Shown here one piece after another: positions 7,773 to 21,247 of a stretch of 64,000 nucleotides of DNA. The stretch comes from Azolla caroliniana (lineage: Eukaryota; Plantae; Polypodiophyta), in the NCBI GenBank assembly GCA_043228905.1, contig JBHGNT010000009.1:8804001-8868000 (forward strand), in the 5' to 3' direction. The translations under genes were made by a program, and so were the position numbers. Each line of letters starts with the position of its first letter. The stretch's first letter is position 1. Under the pieces are notes generated by a model that saw only the letters and a list, made by a program, of their open reading frames with translations, searched no databases and had not been told where the DNA came from.

Positions 7773-10097
7773 ATGAAGGCAATGTCAAAGATGATGATGG
7801 AGTTTTCAAGAGAAGGGAAAACACGACATGCGGCCCAACAAGCCGTCGAAAGCATGATCTAGCGAGTCGGGTTTTTCGATGGAGGCAAAGTCCAAAAATT
7901 TCTAAAGGCCTACAATGCCGAAATGGATTCAAGAGGAGTGGAGGAAGTAATGAGGCTAGAGTACTTTTGTCGAGTGGTGGCCGAACCGATCTTTGAAGAG
8001 ATTAAAGAGATTCAAAAAACTCACGATTCGTGGGTGTCCTTCAAAGAAGCTTTACGAGAATCATATGGTTACGAAGAGCAAAAGGGACGAGGTCTGTATG
8101 AGTTTCACGAATGGGTGTCATCGAGAAAGACCCACCAGAGTGCTATGCATGCATTCGTTGAGTTTGAGTATCGCTTCGCTCAACTCTCGGACCGGGATCG
8201 AAGATTGGTGGGGGTGAATAAAGTTCTGTTGTTTGTAAAGTCAATCGATCGGAATGAAAGGAAGGCCATTGGAATCCAACTTGAGGATGACAATGGTGAA
8301 AATGGCCTCACTGAGGATTGGGCCAAAGTGGAAAGGGTATGCCGACAACACGATAAGAGGGAGATGAGATTCTCATCGACAACAACACGACCCACAAGGG
8401 ATGTTCAAAGGAGAATGGGATGTGGCAATAAAAACCCACCGAAGGAAGAAAGCTCGAAGAGGGAAGCTTCGACAGAACTCAACATAGAAGCCTTGATGAG
8501 AGAGGCATTTATGAACTTAAAGGCACAAGTCGAGGTTGAAGAGAAGCTGAAAACAAAACCGAGGAAAATGGTGATCGACAAAGAGGAGACCTCCCGACAA
8601 ATGCAGACTAATGATGCGGCCAATACGAAGGCCCAGGTTCGGTATGACAGTACCATGGGAGAAGGTGTGAAACAAGCCACCTTCTCGACTTATGGAGGAA
8701 CGACGGTCGAGAGAAAGGCCGAAGACTCGAGAGCGGGAAATGCTGCTTTAAGAGTGGACGAGCATTTCGGAACACATGTTGTGTCCGAAATATCAAGTAA
8801 TGAAGGTGCAAACATGAGGGAAGCTTGCATGATCAAGGGATGTAAAGAGTGCGAGGTCGACGTGATTGAGGCAGTATCCATGAGGAACGACATCAAGTTG
8901 CAGATGGATAAGGAAGAGTCCACGACGAATGACCATGTCGAGACTTTCCCAACACTTGATCTAGAGACTTGGGCAGTTGCGTCCGAGAGCCAACATGAGA
9001 CCCAAGAGACGGAAAGTGGTGGGGAAGAAAATATTGAAGACAATGTGAATAACAACATTGAGCGAAAGATGGCTACGGATGAGAAGACGGTGACCGATGG
9101 TGTCGAGGTTCTCCCCACATTTCTTCCTGAGACTTCGACAGTTGTGCTCGAGTGTCAACATGAGACCGGAGAGACGGAAGGTGACGGCAAGAAATCGAAG
9201 GACCAAAGTGGCAATGAGGACGATGACCACAGACGAAGGGATCCCTCCACACCGGTTCCGAAGACTTCGGCAGTTGTGCCCGAGAGCCAACATCAGACCG
9301 GAGAGATGGAAGGTGGCAGCGAGGAGATGAGGGTCGAAGCCGGCGCATACAGAGGAACGGTTGCCAACAAGGAGGCCAAAAACAAAGCTACAATAGAGTT
9401 CGATGAAGAGCCAAAGAGCGGCAAGAAAGGAAGAACCGGAATACAATCCGGATGGAAGATGACTCGGCTGGTATTCCGACCCGAACGGAAGCCGACCCGG
9501 ACGAGAGTTGATCAACCAGGCCCGACCCAACTGAAAACCGGACAGAAACTAACCCGAACGAAAGTCGATCATCTAAGTCTGATTCGGCCGAATGCGAATC
9601 CGAACGAAGGCCGACCAAGCCAGAAGTTGATTGGTCGAGACCGATCCCGACAGAAGTTGAGCCGGCCTAGACAGAGGTCGAAGCAAACGAGCCGCGACAT
9701 CCAGTCGAGGCTGTTGAGCATAAGGAAAGGCAAGCATGAGACGAGAAAGGATGATAAAGGAAAGTTAAATGACCAAGGAGATGGCCGAGATGAAGGTGGC
9801 ACATGCACGAGGCATGAAGCGTTATGCTCGGGAGGAGCACAGGGAGCCATGACAACTAGACATGGCAATAAAAAAGGTGAGCAAATGATATGGTGGATCG
9901 GATGGCAACGGCAGTTCGAAGTAGACGACAAAAAGACGGTGCGGACGAGGCGCAAGAAAGGAGGAAATCAAACACCAACCACCTTTGACCCTTCCACATC
10001 ACTCTTTTCTTCTTGGCACATACCGGAGGATGTGCGGTTTGGTGGGGGTGGATGTCGTGATGTGGCATGTCTAGTGCGAGAAAAACTCAAAAATTGA
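7773..10097 (+). pseudogene. Gag capsid-like N-terminus fused to a long acidic, repeat-containing tail; in-frame TAG at 7860, then 724 aa open from 7923
   Basis: FFDGGKVQKFLKAYNAEM...WVSFKEAL...GLTEDWAKV aligns with element E Gag (FNGKDVSRYLQNYKAEM...WEAFEEAL...GLTETWESV). Confidence 0.75.
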
Positions 10098-10715
10098 GGA
10101 TCCACACACATTTCACGAATACTTGTAAAAATGAAAATAAATAAACCTAGGTCACAATGGCATTGAGTGCATGTAGAGGGTTGCAAGTAGGATTTGAACC
10201 TTGCACCTCTAAAGAAAGAGGCAATTACCTTACCACTAAAGCTACTACTAAGTGTTATAGATGTTCTATATTTCTTTCTCATATTCAGTATTCCGTAGGA
10301 AACAAACGAACAAAACCGTGTACACAAAACCACGGTTTTAAGCCCATGGTTTCCTGCATGTCACAAAGCAAAACGGTGTGCACAAAAACCATGGCTCCAA
10401 GCCCATGGTTTTGTGCATGGACAAACCTATAAAACCCCTAGTATGGCTTGTGTAAGGGGGGGCTCAATATGATATGACCATCATCATCACCATCAATAAT
10501 ATAAGCTTCTATTTCTTCTTCTTCGCATCTATCTTGTAATTATTTATCTACTTCTCAAAGTGTACAATCTTCAATCTTCTCAAGTGTAATAGGTCTTCCT
10601 CCAATCTTACAGTCACATCGTCCTCTTCTCAATACCTTGACGGACATCCTCCTTGGTCCAAGACCCCGGTGGTCCCGCTCAAGCGAAGCACGCTCGCACG
10701 CGCATCTTCGCAACA
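10053..10715 (+). repeat. 3' LTR of element D (differs from LTR C)
   Basis: Follows the PPT; two ~58-bp tandem units at ~10312-10428; TATA ~10428; U5 ends ...CATCTTCGCAACA, followed by GCGT. Confidence 0.78.
10180..10250 (-). promoter_or_regulatory. tRNA-like Pol III cassette in LTR D
   Basis: Minus strand TAGCTTTAGTGGTA-N21-GAGGTGCAAGGTTCAAATCC. Confidence 0.72.
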
Positions 10716-11559
10716 GCGTTGTTTCTTCTAGAACCATTGCCCGTGCATTCTCAGCACATCCTGTTGGTCTCCGCTCCACACACTGCGACTTTCTCCGCAG
10801 TCTCCTGGTGGGCTTCTCTTTCTGGTCGTGCTGGCACCGATTCCCTCTGCATTGCTGTTTGTCCAGCCATGCATCTTGCACCACGCTTTTGAGAACACGC
10901 ACATTGTCGCTAACCGCTTTCGGAAACACGCACATGGACACTAATCGCAACCTCGCACAAACATTGTTGCCATTCATGCATTCCTCCATAGACTTCTTCC
11001 AACATCTTCACCGTCATTTTCGCGTTTCGCCATTTCTTGCACTTAGTCGCTATGGCTTCCACATCCGCGTATCATTCTTCGACTCCGTCTCCAAAGGGGG
11101 GTCGCCTTAGTGGTCGCCAAAAGGTGTTATAAGTTTTAGGGTTAGGGTTAACATTTATGATAATCATGACGATTCATGATAAAGATAGACATGGTGGGTG
11201 TGATGACGATGGAGAATATGATGGTGAGAGAGATCATGACGATGTTGACAAGGCATTGAGAAGCATTGTGGGGTGGGGGGTGGTGCCTAGAATGACTCCA
11301 CCCCCCTCCCAAGGGAGTTCAACGTTGAGGGGAGAGAGAGGAAGAGAGATGACAAAGAGAGAGGGAGAGAGAGAGATGACAAGCAGTTGGAGACGGAGCA
11401 TAAGCAACAACAGGAACGGATGGCCGAGCTCCGGCAAGAAGTTGATAGGGCCACAACGGCACTCGCCGAAGAATGAGTGGAAAGAGGCTATTGGAGGAAG
11501 CGGCGAGTGACCGGATGGAGCTCCACAAACAGAACCATGAAGACAAGGAAAGAGTGACA

Positions 11560-12802
11560 ATGGTATTACAGAGGTTGTAAACAACCTATCAAAATCAATT
11601 GTCGCATTATAGGGAGCAGGAGGCGGACACGGTTCGGATCATCAAGCAATTGAAGGAAGAGCGACAAGCCACAGAAAATAAATCACAGATGGGAGCCGAA
11701 CGGATCCAGTGCATCCTCCGATCATGGCTCACTAAGATCAAAAGCTTGATTGACGACAGCTCGGTGCGTTGGTGGGCGAAATGGGCGCAGAATACGGCGG
11801 AACTCCAATTGCTTAGGGCGGACGTGGAAAACCGGCGAAAGGAGGGCGACGACTGTTATACGCTGACCTCGGAGGACTTCACCGCCATAAGGGTGTGAGC
11901 TAGCGGAAGATTTCACAACCCTGGCGGATGAACAATTGGTGCAGGTCTGGCAGCTCATAGCTCAACTGGACGACGATCGGCTGGAGGCTCAAATCCAGTT
12001 CGAAAGCTATGAGCGGTCCCGGCTCCCGGAAGAAAAAGCGCGAAAGGCGGCAACGGTCAACCTTACTGATGAGGAACCGTCGCCGGTGCAAGGACCGGAG
12101 GGGGAACAGGCCGGGGTCAATCAGCCATAGACAACTCCGACGGAGGAACCAACGAAGGAAACGCCAGTGCCAGAGCGGCAAACGGAGCCACAGCCACAAA
12201 CGGAGCAGCAGCCACAGCAACAACAACAGATTCCCGACGAGCCATTGGAAATTTTGGAGCAAAGCATTCTGGACATTTTGGACGAAGCGTAAAAGGGCCG
12301 GATAATGGGTTCGACATACAAGGTACTGTCCCACAGGCGTGCCATGTGTTACCGGCCGGCAAGAAGGCTTAAGGAGGTCCAAACCAGAGTGTGAAAGGAA
12401 TAGTTATTCGGGAACTGTTGTAATTAGTAGTCTTAATATATATATTAATATATAAGATGTGGACGGACGGACCGGAATCGGTATGCCGATCCGGATCCGG
12501 AACGATCCCGTAAAGGTGCCGGTTGGCACCGTTTTGTATTTCGCACCGGAGACCTATATAAAGGCCCAGTTACCATGTAATTAGGAATGGATAATTAATA
12601 AAGCTTATTGTCTTAATCTTCCAGTGTTGATTACCGTTTTGTATTCATTGTTATATCTTATGTGTGTTAATTACGGATTGCTAAGTAACCAATTAAGGTC
12701 TAATTAAGCGTTGTGCCGTAAATCATTCTGTTGTATCACCCTTTGGTAAAGTGTCTTAAGTGGACACCCTGTGTTAGGTTGTTGTCTGGCCCTAGCAATA
12801 AC
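11560..12802 (+). mobile_element. Probable remnant of another LTR element: decayed coiled-coil and Pro/Gln-rich ORF followed by LTR-like sequence
   Basis: Stop-interrupted coding-like sequence 11599-12400; CCGG-rich block, TATATAAA ~12557 and AATAAA ~12597; ends ...AATAACA. Boundaries uncertain. Confidence 0.4.
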
Positions 12803-13640
12803 AAAAGTTTCTACAAGTTAAGAAACAAACGCCCTACACCCTCCTCATTGAGACGGTATCGCTTCCCATTGAGATCATGGCCATGGAAAGGGTTGTTGAA
12901 TACATGCTCAAGGTTCAGAAAAGTCCCTCACATCGACTTCCTAGAATTGTGTGGGAAGCAAGCAAAAATATCCAAAAGACACATAAAAGCAAAATTTTGT
13001 GTTCCGGTTGGATGCAAGATATAGAAAAATGGTTTGCTAGATGGGATGCGAGACACTTGCTTCATGATGCATCATTAGATTCCTCTGTAAATAAGGCCTT
13101 TTTGCAATGCCAGTGTATCATGACATGGGACAAATGTGGAGGCTCGCGCTTCACACATTATACTACACATGTTGCACCTAACTACAAAACCATATTCTTT
13201 GCGGAATGGGGAAATCGTACACATTGATACATGTTAGAGCCCATACCGTTATCTGCCATTCGAACAATTGCTTCCATGCGACTTAGCTCACATGCATTGC
13301 GATGTGAGACAGGGCGTTGGGGCACAAGTGATGAGAGTGGTCGGCTATGCACACTTTGCCCTAAACAAGTTCGCGAGTCTAAGTATCACACTTTGATACA
13401 ATGCTCTGCCTTTGATCATATTCGACCATGCTTTACACATCTCTTCGATCGAGCCCAATCTTTGCATGAATTCCTCTCACAACCACAATGTGCACTCTCA
13501 ATTGCAACATTCATTGGTAAAGTTCTTGAACATCGAGAGTCACTACTCACTTTCACACATATCACGTGAAATGTAATATTTTTGGTCTCATAGGTCATAT
13601 TTGACCTCCGAAGACGATAATATAATCTATCTATCTATCT
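12803..13640 (+). mobile_element. 5'-truncated LINE, RTE/RTEX-like ORF2 C-terminus with (TCTA)n tail
   Basis: RLSSHALRCETGRW...RLCTLC...ESKYHTLIQC..F..IR zinc-finger-like C-terminus; short 3' UTR ending TCTATCTATCTATCT. Confidence 0.72.
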
Positions 13641-13695
13641 CACACACACGCACAGTTCTTCCGTTGCACAAAATCATCACCAATTCTTTACAAAT

Positions 13696-14260
13696 GTGGC
13701 CAAAGGCTATGCGTAGATGCATGGCATCGACTACGATGAAACCTTCGTGCCAGTCAAGAAGATGACGACCGTCCACATGGTGTTGGTGATAACAGCAACG
13801 AGGGGATGCATCTCCATCAAATGGACGTGAAAAACGTGTTTCTTCAAGGAAACCTTGAAGAATGTGTTATATATGGTCCAACCTCGCAGCTTTCTGTCCG
13901 AACTGAACAAGTCGGTAGTATGCCAGCTAAAGAAGTTGATTTACAACCTCAAGCAAACCCCACATGCGTGGAACTCCAAAAGCGTAAGATGGAGTTTGAG
14001 GTCTCAAAATCCGACTCATCATTGTTCATCTGGAAAGGTCAATAGGGCCTAGTCTACATACTGTTGTCCGTGGATGACTTGGTCATCACCAGAACCGACC
14101 TTGCTAAAATCGGTCGTGTCAAATCCCACTATTGGCCGCATTCGAAATGAAGGGCTGAGGGGACCTTCATTACTTCCTTGTGATCGAAGTGATCCACACC
14201 CCGGACGGCATATTGCTCATTCAACGCCATTATGTCTTGAATATGTTGTACAAGTTCGGA
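13696..14260 (+). pseudogene. Ty1/Copia reverse transcriptase fragment
   Basis: [41 protein letters not shown]; frameshifted. Confidence 0.85.
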
Positions 14261-16215
14261 ATGACTCATTGACCTTTGCTATTTGTTGACTTTGCCCCAC
14301 TCATCGACCTTTTTCACTCGTGAACCTTTCCCATTCTTCAATCTTTCCCACTCGTCAACCTTTGGGCTCCTTGACATTTACTAATCGACCGTTACTCTTC
14401 GAGTCTTCTCCCTCATCAAGCTTTCACCCTCGTCGACCTTTGGAATTGTTGACCTTTATTCGTCGAGTAATGCTTCTCAACAGGAGTAACAGAGGCCCAA
14501 CGTTGTTTGACACAAACAATGGTTGGTACAAGCATGAAATGGATATTAACGCGTAATTAGGACTAACGAAGCCTTATTAGGAATAAACGTTAAGATTATA
14601 CCATGAACCTTCTAGATAGATTAGGGCCAATGAGGAACAACAAGGGATTACAATAGTGGTAATTGTGAGTTAACTACCACCCTAATCAAGAACAAAAGAG
14701 AACCATGAGCTTAGCAAGAAGCGATGAATGGAGGAAATAGTGTATGCCCTTGCAACACGCCAAGGGCTCTACCTGAACACCAAAGACCACAACTGAACAA
14801 CAGCACACGAACGTCGAACTACCAACGACCGAACAACAAGAACTACGAACATTGGACACAAACCACCAAGCAACGAAGAAAAAAAAGGAGTCAAACAACA
14901 AACACAAGCGCAAAACACTGACCACGTGAACACACGAGCACCGAACGTCGAACACACACCCACTGAACAAAGACCAAACAAACAAGAAGCACACAAACAT
15001 GAGCACCGCACATTGAAAACCAAACAATGAGTGCCGACCACCAAATGCCGAGCACGCAAACATATGATTAGTGGTAACCAGATAATTAACACACTAATAT
15101 TCAGAGGAGTAAGGAGTAATTAGATAGAAATAAAAAACATAATGTTAAAATGAACAAATATATATATATTTAGTTTAATTAATTAAAAAACAAAATGCTT
15201 CTTTTCCTATCTCTTCCTAACTAAGTGGTTTGCCGCACGAGCTTATGCAAAGCTTGTCACTAGCTTCAAGCATTGGTCGTACCCCCGGCAACAACACCAT
15301 GTGTCACATTGAAGCACTTTTATCAATCGATGGAGTTCTTCCTTTTGTTGATGTCGTTTGCTTGGGGATCGGACCAACGTATACCCTATTGGTAGTGAAT
15401 CGGGCAGAGGTAGTTGTCCAATACTTCCAAGCTACTAACTCACTTAGTATTATGCAATAAATATAATTTAGTTTCTCTGTCATACTCTCTCGGTTTCTCT
15501 CTTAACCACTTAATAAACAACAAGAAACAAGGTAGTATGTTTATTCCACCACTCTTAATACAAAGAGGTCTAGCACCGACAAAGAAGAGAGAGTATCACT
15601 TATTCATTAAACACTAACACTAATCTCTCTTGAGCTCTTAGTTATAAAGAAGGAGATAAAAAGGAGGCTTCAGGCTTTAATCACTAGGCAATTCTTAAGA
15701 TTATAAAGCTTTTACATCATGAGTGTGGCCACTTCACACTAGGCTACCCATTGGCTTGCCTTTCCCCCTATTTGGATAGTTCTACTCCCCTTTTTGTAGA
15801 CTTCATTAGTCGCTTAGTATTCTTTGTTGATGAGCTCTCTTTTTTTCTTCCAAGATTAATGAGCTCTTGTTCACGACTGATGTGCTTAACAAATCCCATC
15901 TTATATGTGCACCTATAGTGGTGCATATGCATATGATGAATTAGCATGCCATACACCTAGTGATGATCCTACCAACATGCATTCCAATGATAAAATCAAG
16001 GCCTCAACATCTCTCTTAGTAACTAGTGTCACCAACACCAATGTCATTAGTAAGGGGAGTGTCACCTTTGCCATAGTCTCTTGTAGTAAGATAATGTGTT
16101 GTGAATTAGATAAACAAGTACACACATACCTGATTCTGTAAATGTATAATCCTTGGCTTATATTTTTTTTTACTAAAGGTGGCAATGAGAAAGAAATAGA
16201 TTTGATTATCGTTTC

Positions 16216-16254
<39 letters not shown>

Positions 16255-16259
<5 letters not shown>

Positions 16260-16925
16260 CTTATCTGATCATCTTTGGAAGCCAAATATGACCTAGAAGA
16301 TTAAAATATACAATTTTGACGTAATACATGAGAAAGTGAGTTGTGACTCTCGATATTCAAGAACTTTACTAATGAATGTTGCAATTGAGAGTCCACATTG
16401 TGATTGCAAAAGAAATTTGTGCAAGGATTGGGTTTGGTCGAAGATGTGTGGAAGCCATAGTGGAATGTTATCAAACACAAAGCGTTGTATCAAAGTGTGA
16501 TACTCATACTCCCGAACTAGTGTAGGCTAAAGTGTGCTCACCGACTACTCTAACCACTTGTGCTCCAATGCCCCATCTCACATCACATTTAGTGTGTGTA
16601 AAGTTGTATGGTAGCAATGGTTGGGTTAGCAAAAAACGGGGATGGGATGTAACATGTATTGATGTTTGTGCCCCATTTAGCGAAGAATATGATTTTATAA
16701 CTCGATGCATGAGCCTACATATTCTCATGTCATGAGACATTAGCGTTGCGAAAAGGCCTCATTCACACAGGAATATATTGATGCATCATGAAGCAAGTGT
16801 GTTTCATCCCTTATTCTAAACCATTTTTTCATATATTGCATCCAACCAAAGCACAAAACTTTGCTTTTATGTGCCTTTTGGAGTTTTTTACTTGCTTTCC
16901 ATGCAATTCTAGGAAGTTGATGTGA
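16255..16925 (-). mobile_element. Second, older copy of the RTE/RTEX-like LINE 3' end
   Basis: Reverse complement matches 12930-13620 (QSLHKFLLQSQCGLSIATFISKVLEYRES); 3' end abuts (GA)n 16218-16254. A third relic lies at ~17141-17345 (+). Confidence 0.75.
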
Positions 16926-17074
16926 TGAGAGAGAGTAGATGGATGTAGCTCAATTAGTAATATTGTTCAACCCCTACATTCTACAATGGCATTTAGAAAA
17001 ATAGGGAAAAAAAGGTGTAAGAATCGAACGATGAAGGTCGTTGAGTTGATAGTCTAGAAACTTACCCTAGTTAC

Positions 17075-17122
<48 letters not shown>

Positions 17123-20100
17123 GAATCAACGAATATGGTATTTTGCAATGCCAATGTATCATGACTTCAAATACAAAGACTTATGCTTCGTACATTATGT
17201 TGCATATGTTTCACCAAACCATCTTTTTCTCCAAACTGGCAAACAACACTCATTCAAAAATTCTTGAACCAATCCTATTGTCCACGATCCATGAAAAAGT
17301 TTCTATACAATCTAGATTTTGTTATCTTCGATGTGAGATGGGATGTTAGATAGAGCCAAGGATCTCATAACCTATGAATATTTTAACTCAAGTAGCATTG
17401 TCTCTACCATCTAACTTATTGCCCTCTACTACAATATTTTTACTTGAATCACATCAGTCCATACAAATTATGATCTCGTAAAAGGTATCCAGTGTTGGAT
17501 CAAGATGGTGTAGAATCATTTACATGTTGATTCAATAGACCTTACGAAAAGAGAGGATAACGATGGACAATGATTGTCAAAATATCAATGTATTTATTGG
17601 ATTATGCAATTGAAGCATTTGATGAAATAATTTGCTTGTTATCCTAGCTTGTATTTATCTTACATTACATGACAAGCCAAATGTTAATTTGCAATAGTGT
17701 GCTCATGTAGTCACTTCAAGTTTTACACCTCTACTTTAAAAAGTGGAAGGTATGAATAGTAATTATCCAAGCATTGCATAGTAAGCAACAACTGTGAGGG
17801 GTCATTCACACGTACACCTTACAAATACTCTCACATCATGAATACAACACCATGGCCAGACATTACAACATAATATGTTCATATATAGCACCGTTTGTCG
17901 ATCATGTCTACATGGCATGATTGACTCGTTAAATAATAGACAATATTATTATTTGATTGCAACAATGTTTGGTCCAAGTTATGCCATCCTAGTTTGGAGA
18001 TTTGTAATAGACTGTATGTACACAATATAACTCCTCTAGTTGTCACGAATATAAATATGTGCTTACTTAGAATTACCTTGTTGACATCAAAGTAAATCAA
18101 CCATGTCACATTGTAGTGTATTCTCAAAGAAATTCTCAGAAAAAAGGAACAAAAAATGTACATGAATAATTCATAGGAAACTCTTGGCTCTTCAATAGTC
18201 TTTAATGTCTTAGAAAAATTATCAAGCCTAGTGGATTGTATCACGCGGTCGCTCTCATGTCATTATTCCTAGCACAAAACTGATTAAATTTTAGAATACT
18301 ACGATTATACGAAATGAATGCCACTCTACTTGGATTGAATATTGCAAGCCTTTTTTGTTGTTAACTTCTTTTTGTGCATACATGATTAGCACACGGATAG
18401 AAGCATTGAGGTGGATCATAATTGCCAATGTTCAATTTAATTTGTATCATCCAATACGCAAGCTTATTGACCATCCCCATAGCATATTTACCTTACAATG
18501 AGAAAGAAAGTACAAGCATTTAACGGGAATTCTAACTTACAACAATCAAATTAAGACGAAGAGGTCTTTATAGCATCGTAAGAGCATTGATCACATCAAC
18601 AACAAACAACCATATTTCATTGGGGATGGAAGCACACACAACTACTATTCTCGAGCCCTCTACGTCAATTAAAACATAGGCCTACTTACAAGAGCATGAT
18701 ATTCTCAACATATAAATTGTAAATTAAATGAATGGAGATCCACACTTAGTGACCAAACTTCCATTAGAATATTCGATGTTGGCTTTACAAGGGACAAAGT
18801 AATAGGAAGGTCAAAAGTTTATGTGTTGGGTTCCTTGGGAAGAGTTGCTTAGTATTATTAGGATTTGAGACTAGATTATATTTTTTTGTTGTTAGTGATA
18901 AATTGCATGGCGAATAATTTAGTCTAGAAAAGTTTTTTGTTTCAGAAAATAATTTAATGCCAGCTCCGAACAAAATGTGATACTTTTTTGGAAAAGGATT
19001 TTTTTTTTCCAAAAAATTGTAAAAGGATTTTTATGACATTGGATACGCAAATCATTCCATATTTTATTCTCCTCACAAAAAGTTATACTTTCAATTATAT
19101 AGTGAGTAAATATAACCAACATTGGGCAATTCCATGGTTTTATCCTGGAGTGTCACAATTGTAAAAATAAAATTGATTTAATACCAATCATAGGATTTAC
19201 CTATTCTCCACCAATCCAAGGCCTTCGAAAACATTTAAAAGAGAAAGTGGTGTTTAGGGTGGTTCTAATAAAAAGTCCAAACTCATAACTAAGTTGGTCA
19301 ACAAATCTTTCATGCTTGTTTTGAGCTTGGGCTGGACACTTTTCGTTGAACAACGAGTGTGTTTTCATGGCACTAAGCTTGACCATGGCCTTTTCTAGCA
19401 GGAATGTTTTTGTCGCTCGTAGCTGCATCATTGACATTTTGATTAGGGTTGTCTATGTCACATGTGTGTTGCGGATGATATTTTTGAGTGACAGGTCATG
19501 GACTTTGTTTAAGGGTTTATATTAATGGAGTTGTTTATAAACATCAATTATCATCTCTTTTACTATGCATGCAATATTCTTTCTTCAACATGCAAGACAA
19601 GCACAAACACAGTAGGATGACACATTTCCAAACATTCAATGATGCCCAAACCACTCTTTGTTCCTCTACATTTAGGACAAAGAGTAACAACTTGGGCAAT
19701 CCATAGAGTGAATTGAAGAATGGTCACCAAAAGGCATTTAGTACTTAGGGGAATGCTTCATAAATCCTTGTTTAAGTTTTCGTGTCAACCTCTTCGTATT
19801 GTGATCGATCTTGATTTACTGATGAGTTTGGTATTACCTTGTAATATTTGAAGAATTTATTATTTGTTTGTTCATGAACTTCGTGATGCATGATTATACT
19901 GCTTGAGATAACCACATACCATTAGAATAGTTGAAATCCAAAATGTGACATGTGAACAAGGTTTAGGGGGGAATTAGAACATGGTAGGTAGCTTTTAACT
20001 CAACAAAAGGATATGTAGGTGAACAAGTGTACAATCGTTCATAATCCATGTATAAGTTACTCATACTCTGCAAATCTTAGCATGGTATTTTGTATTAGTT

Positions 20101-21208
20101 TGTCAGAATAGAGTGGTTGGGACCCTTGTCATCTTGGTGATAATTTTCGGTATGTCTCTTCTCAGTGGGTAGGCAATTTGATTACTTGAGCATATGTGAC
20201 CCATGTCATCTTAATGTTCACTTTAGGTATGTCTCTTCTCAGTGGACAAGCAATTTGATTAATTGGAGCTAACTATAAGTTTTTCGCATGTAGTAGTACT
20301 CTTTGTCATCTACTATCCAATTTAATGAAGTTAAGGGATCACCTCATTAGTCTCTAAATGGAACTGCAATAGGGTCATGTCCTTAAGGTACCAACAACAC
20401 ACAGTGATTATCCTTATCCATGTGTGTACATCAATCACTTTGTCCTATGGGACATCGACATGCCTGCATAAGCCTCACAAAGGGGCCTTGTGCACTTCAT
20501 CTTGTATTTTAGCTCTTCACGACAACTAGCACAAAACGGCATAAAACAAATCTTTTGCGACAAATCACAGAAGATTATCTGATAATCGGCATTCTAAATC
20601 ATGATCGTAACCAATCGGGTCATGCTTGATGCTTTGAATATGAGTCTTTGATTCCTATATTTGTTGATTGTGTCTGTGCCATGCACATGTAACATTGCTA
20701 CACATAGTTTGTATCGATATATCATTGGAATTTATTGGTTATCGTTTGGGCATTTAAATAAAAAACTACACTTAAATATTTCGAGATTGGTAACGTAATC
20801 ACATAGTTTGGTTCGTTTATGCATTTGTTGTCATACAAGTTCCACTTAAATACGATGTGTTGACATATGACCCAATTGGGAATTTTATCTTGTTATGGTC
20901 ATGATCATGATTGATGGAGTCTTGACAACTAAAAGTGACATATATATCTATGTTAAACAAATCAAATCAACTTTTGTCAAAAGGAAGTGGATCAGCTATG
21001 ACGAAGTGCCCGACAATGGGAGATTGCTCGACAAGGATGAGCAAGATGCGAAACCTTGGTGCTAGGTAGATAGCTAGTAGCATTTTGAGGGGTTTGACAC
21101 TTGCAGAACAAAGAACCATGGACATGAAAGAGGGTAGGTTATAGATGATTAATTACATTCGGATTAGGCCAAAAAACAGTGATATAGATTTAAAGAAGTG
21201 GGGGGTGG

Positions 21209-21247
<39 letters not shown>

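Larger units (their letters stand above)
7708..10715 (+). mobile_element. Non-autonomous Gag-only Gypsy derivative D (PBS, gag-like ORF, PPT 10041-10052, LTR 10053-10715)
   Basis: No PR/RT/IN; 3' UTR and PPT nearly identical to B; LTR starts TGTCGTGA and ends in a U5 homologous to LTR C. Confidence 0.82.

Noticed and set aside
11134-11149. TTTAGGGTTAGGG telomere-like motif (also ~62985)
   Set aside because: Only about two units; not an array.
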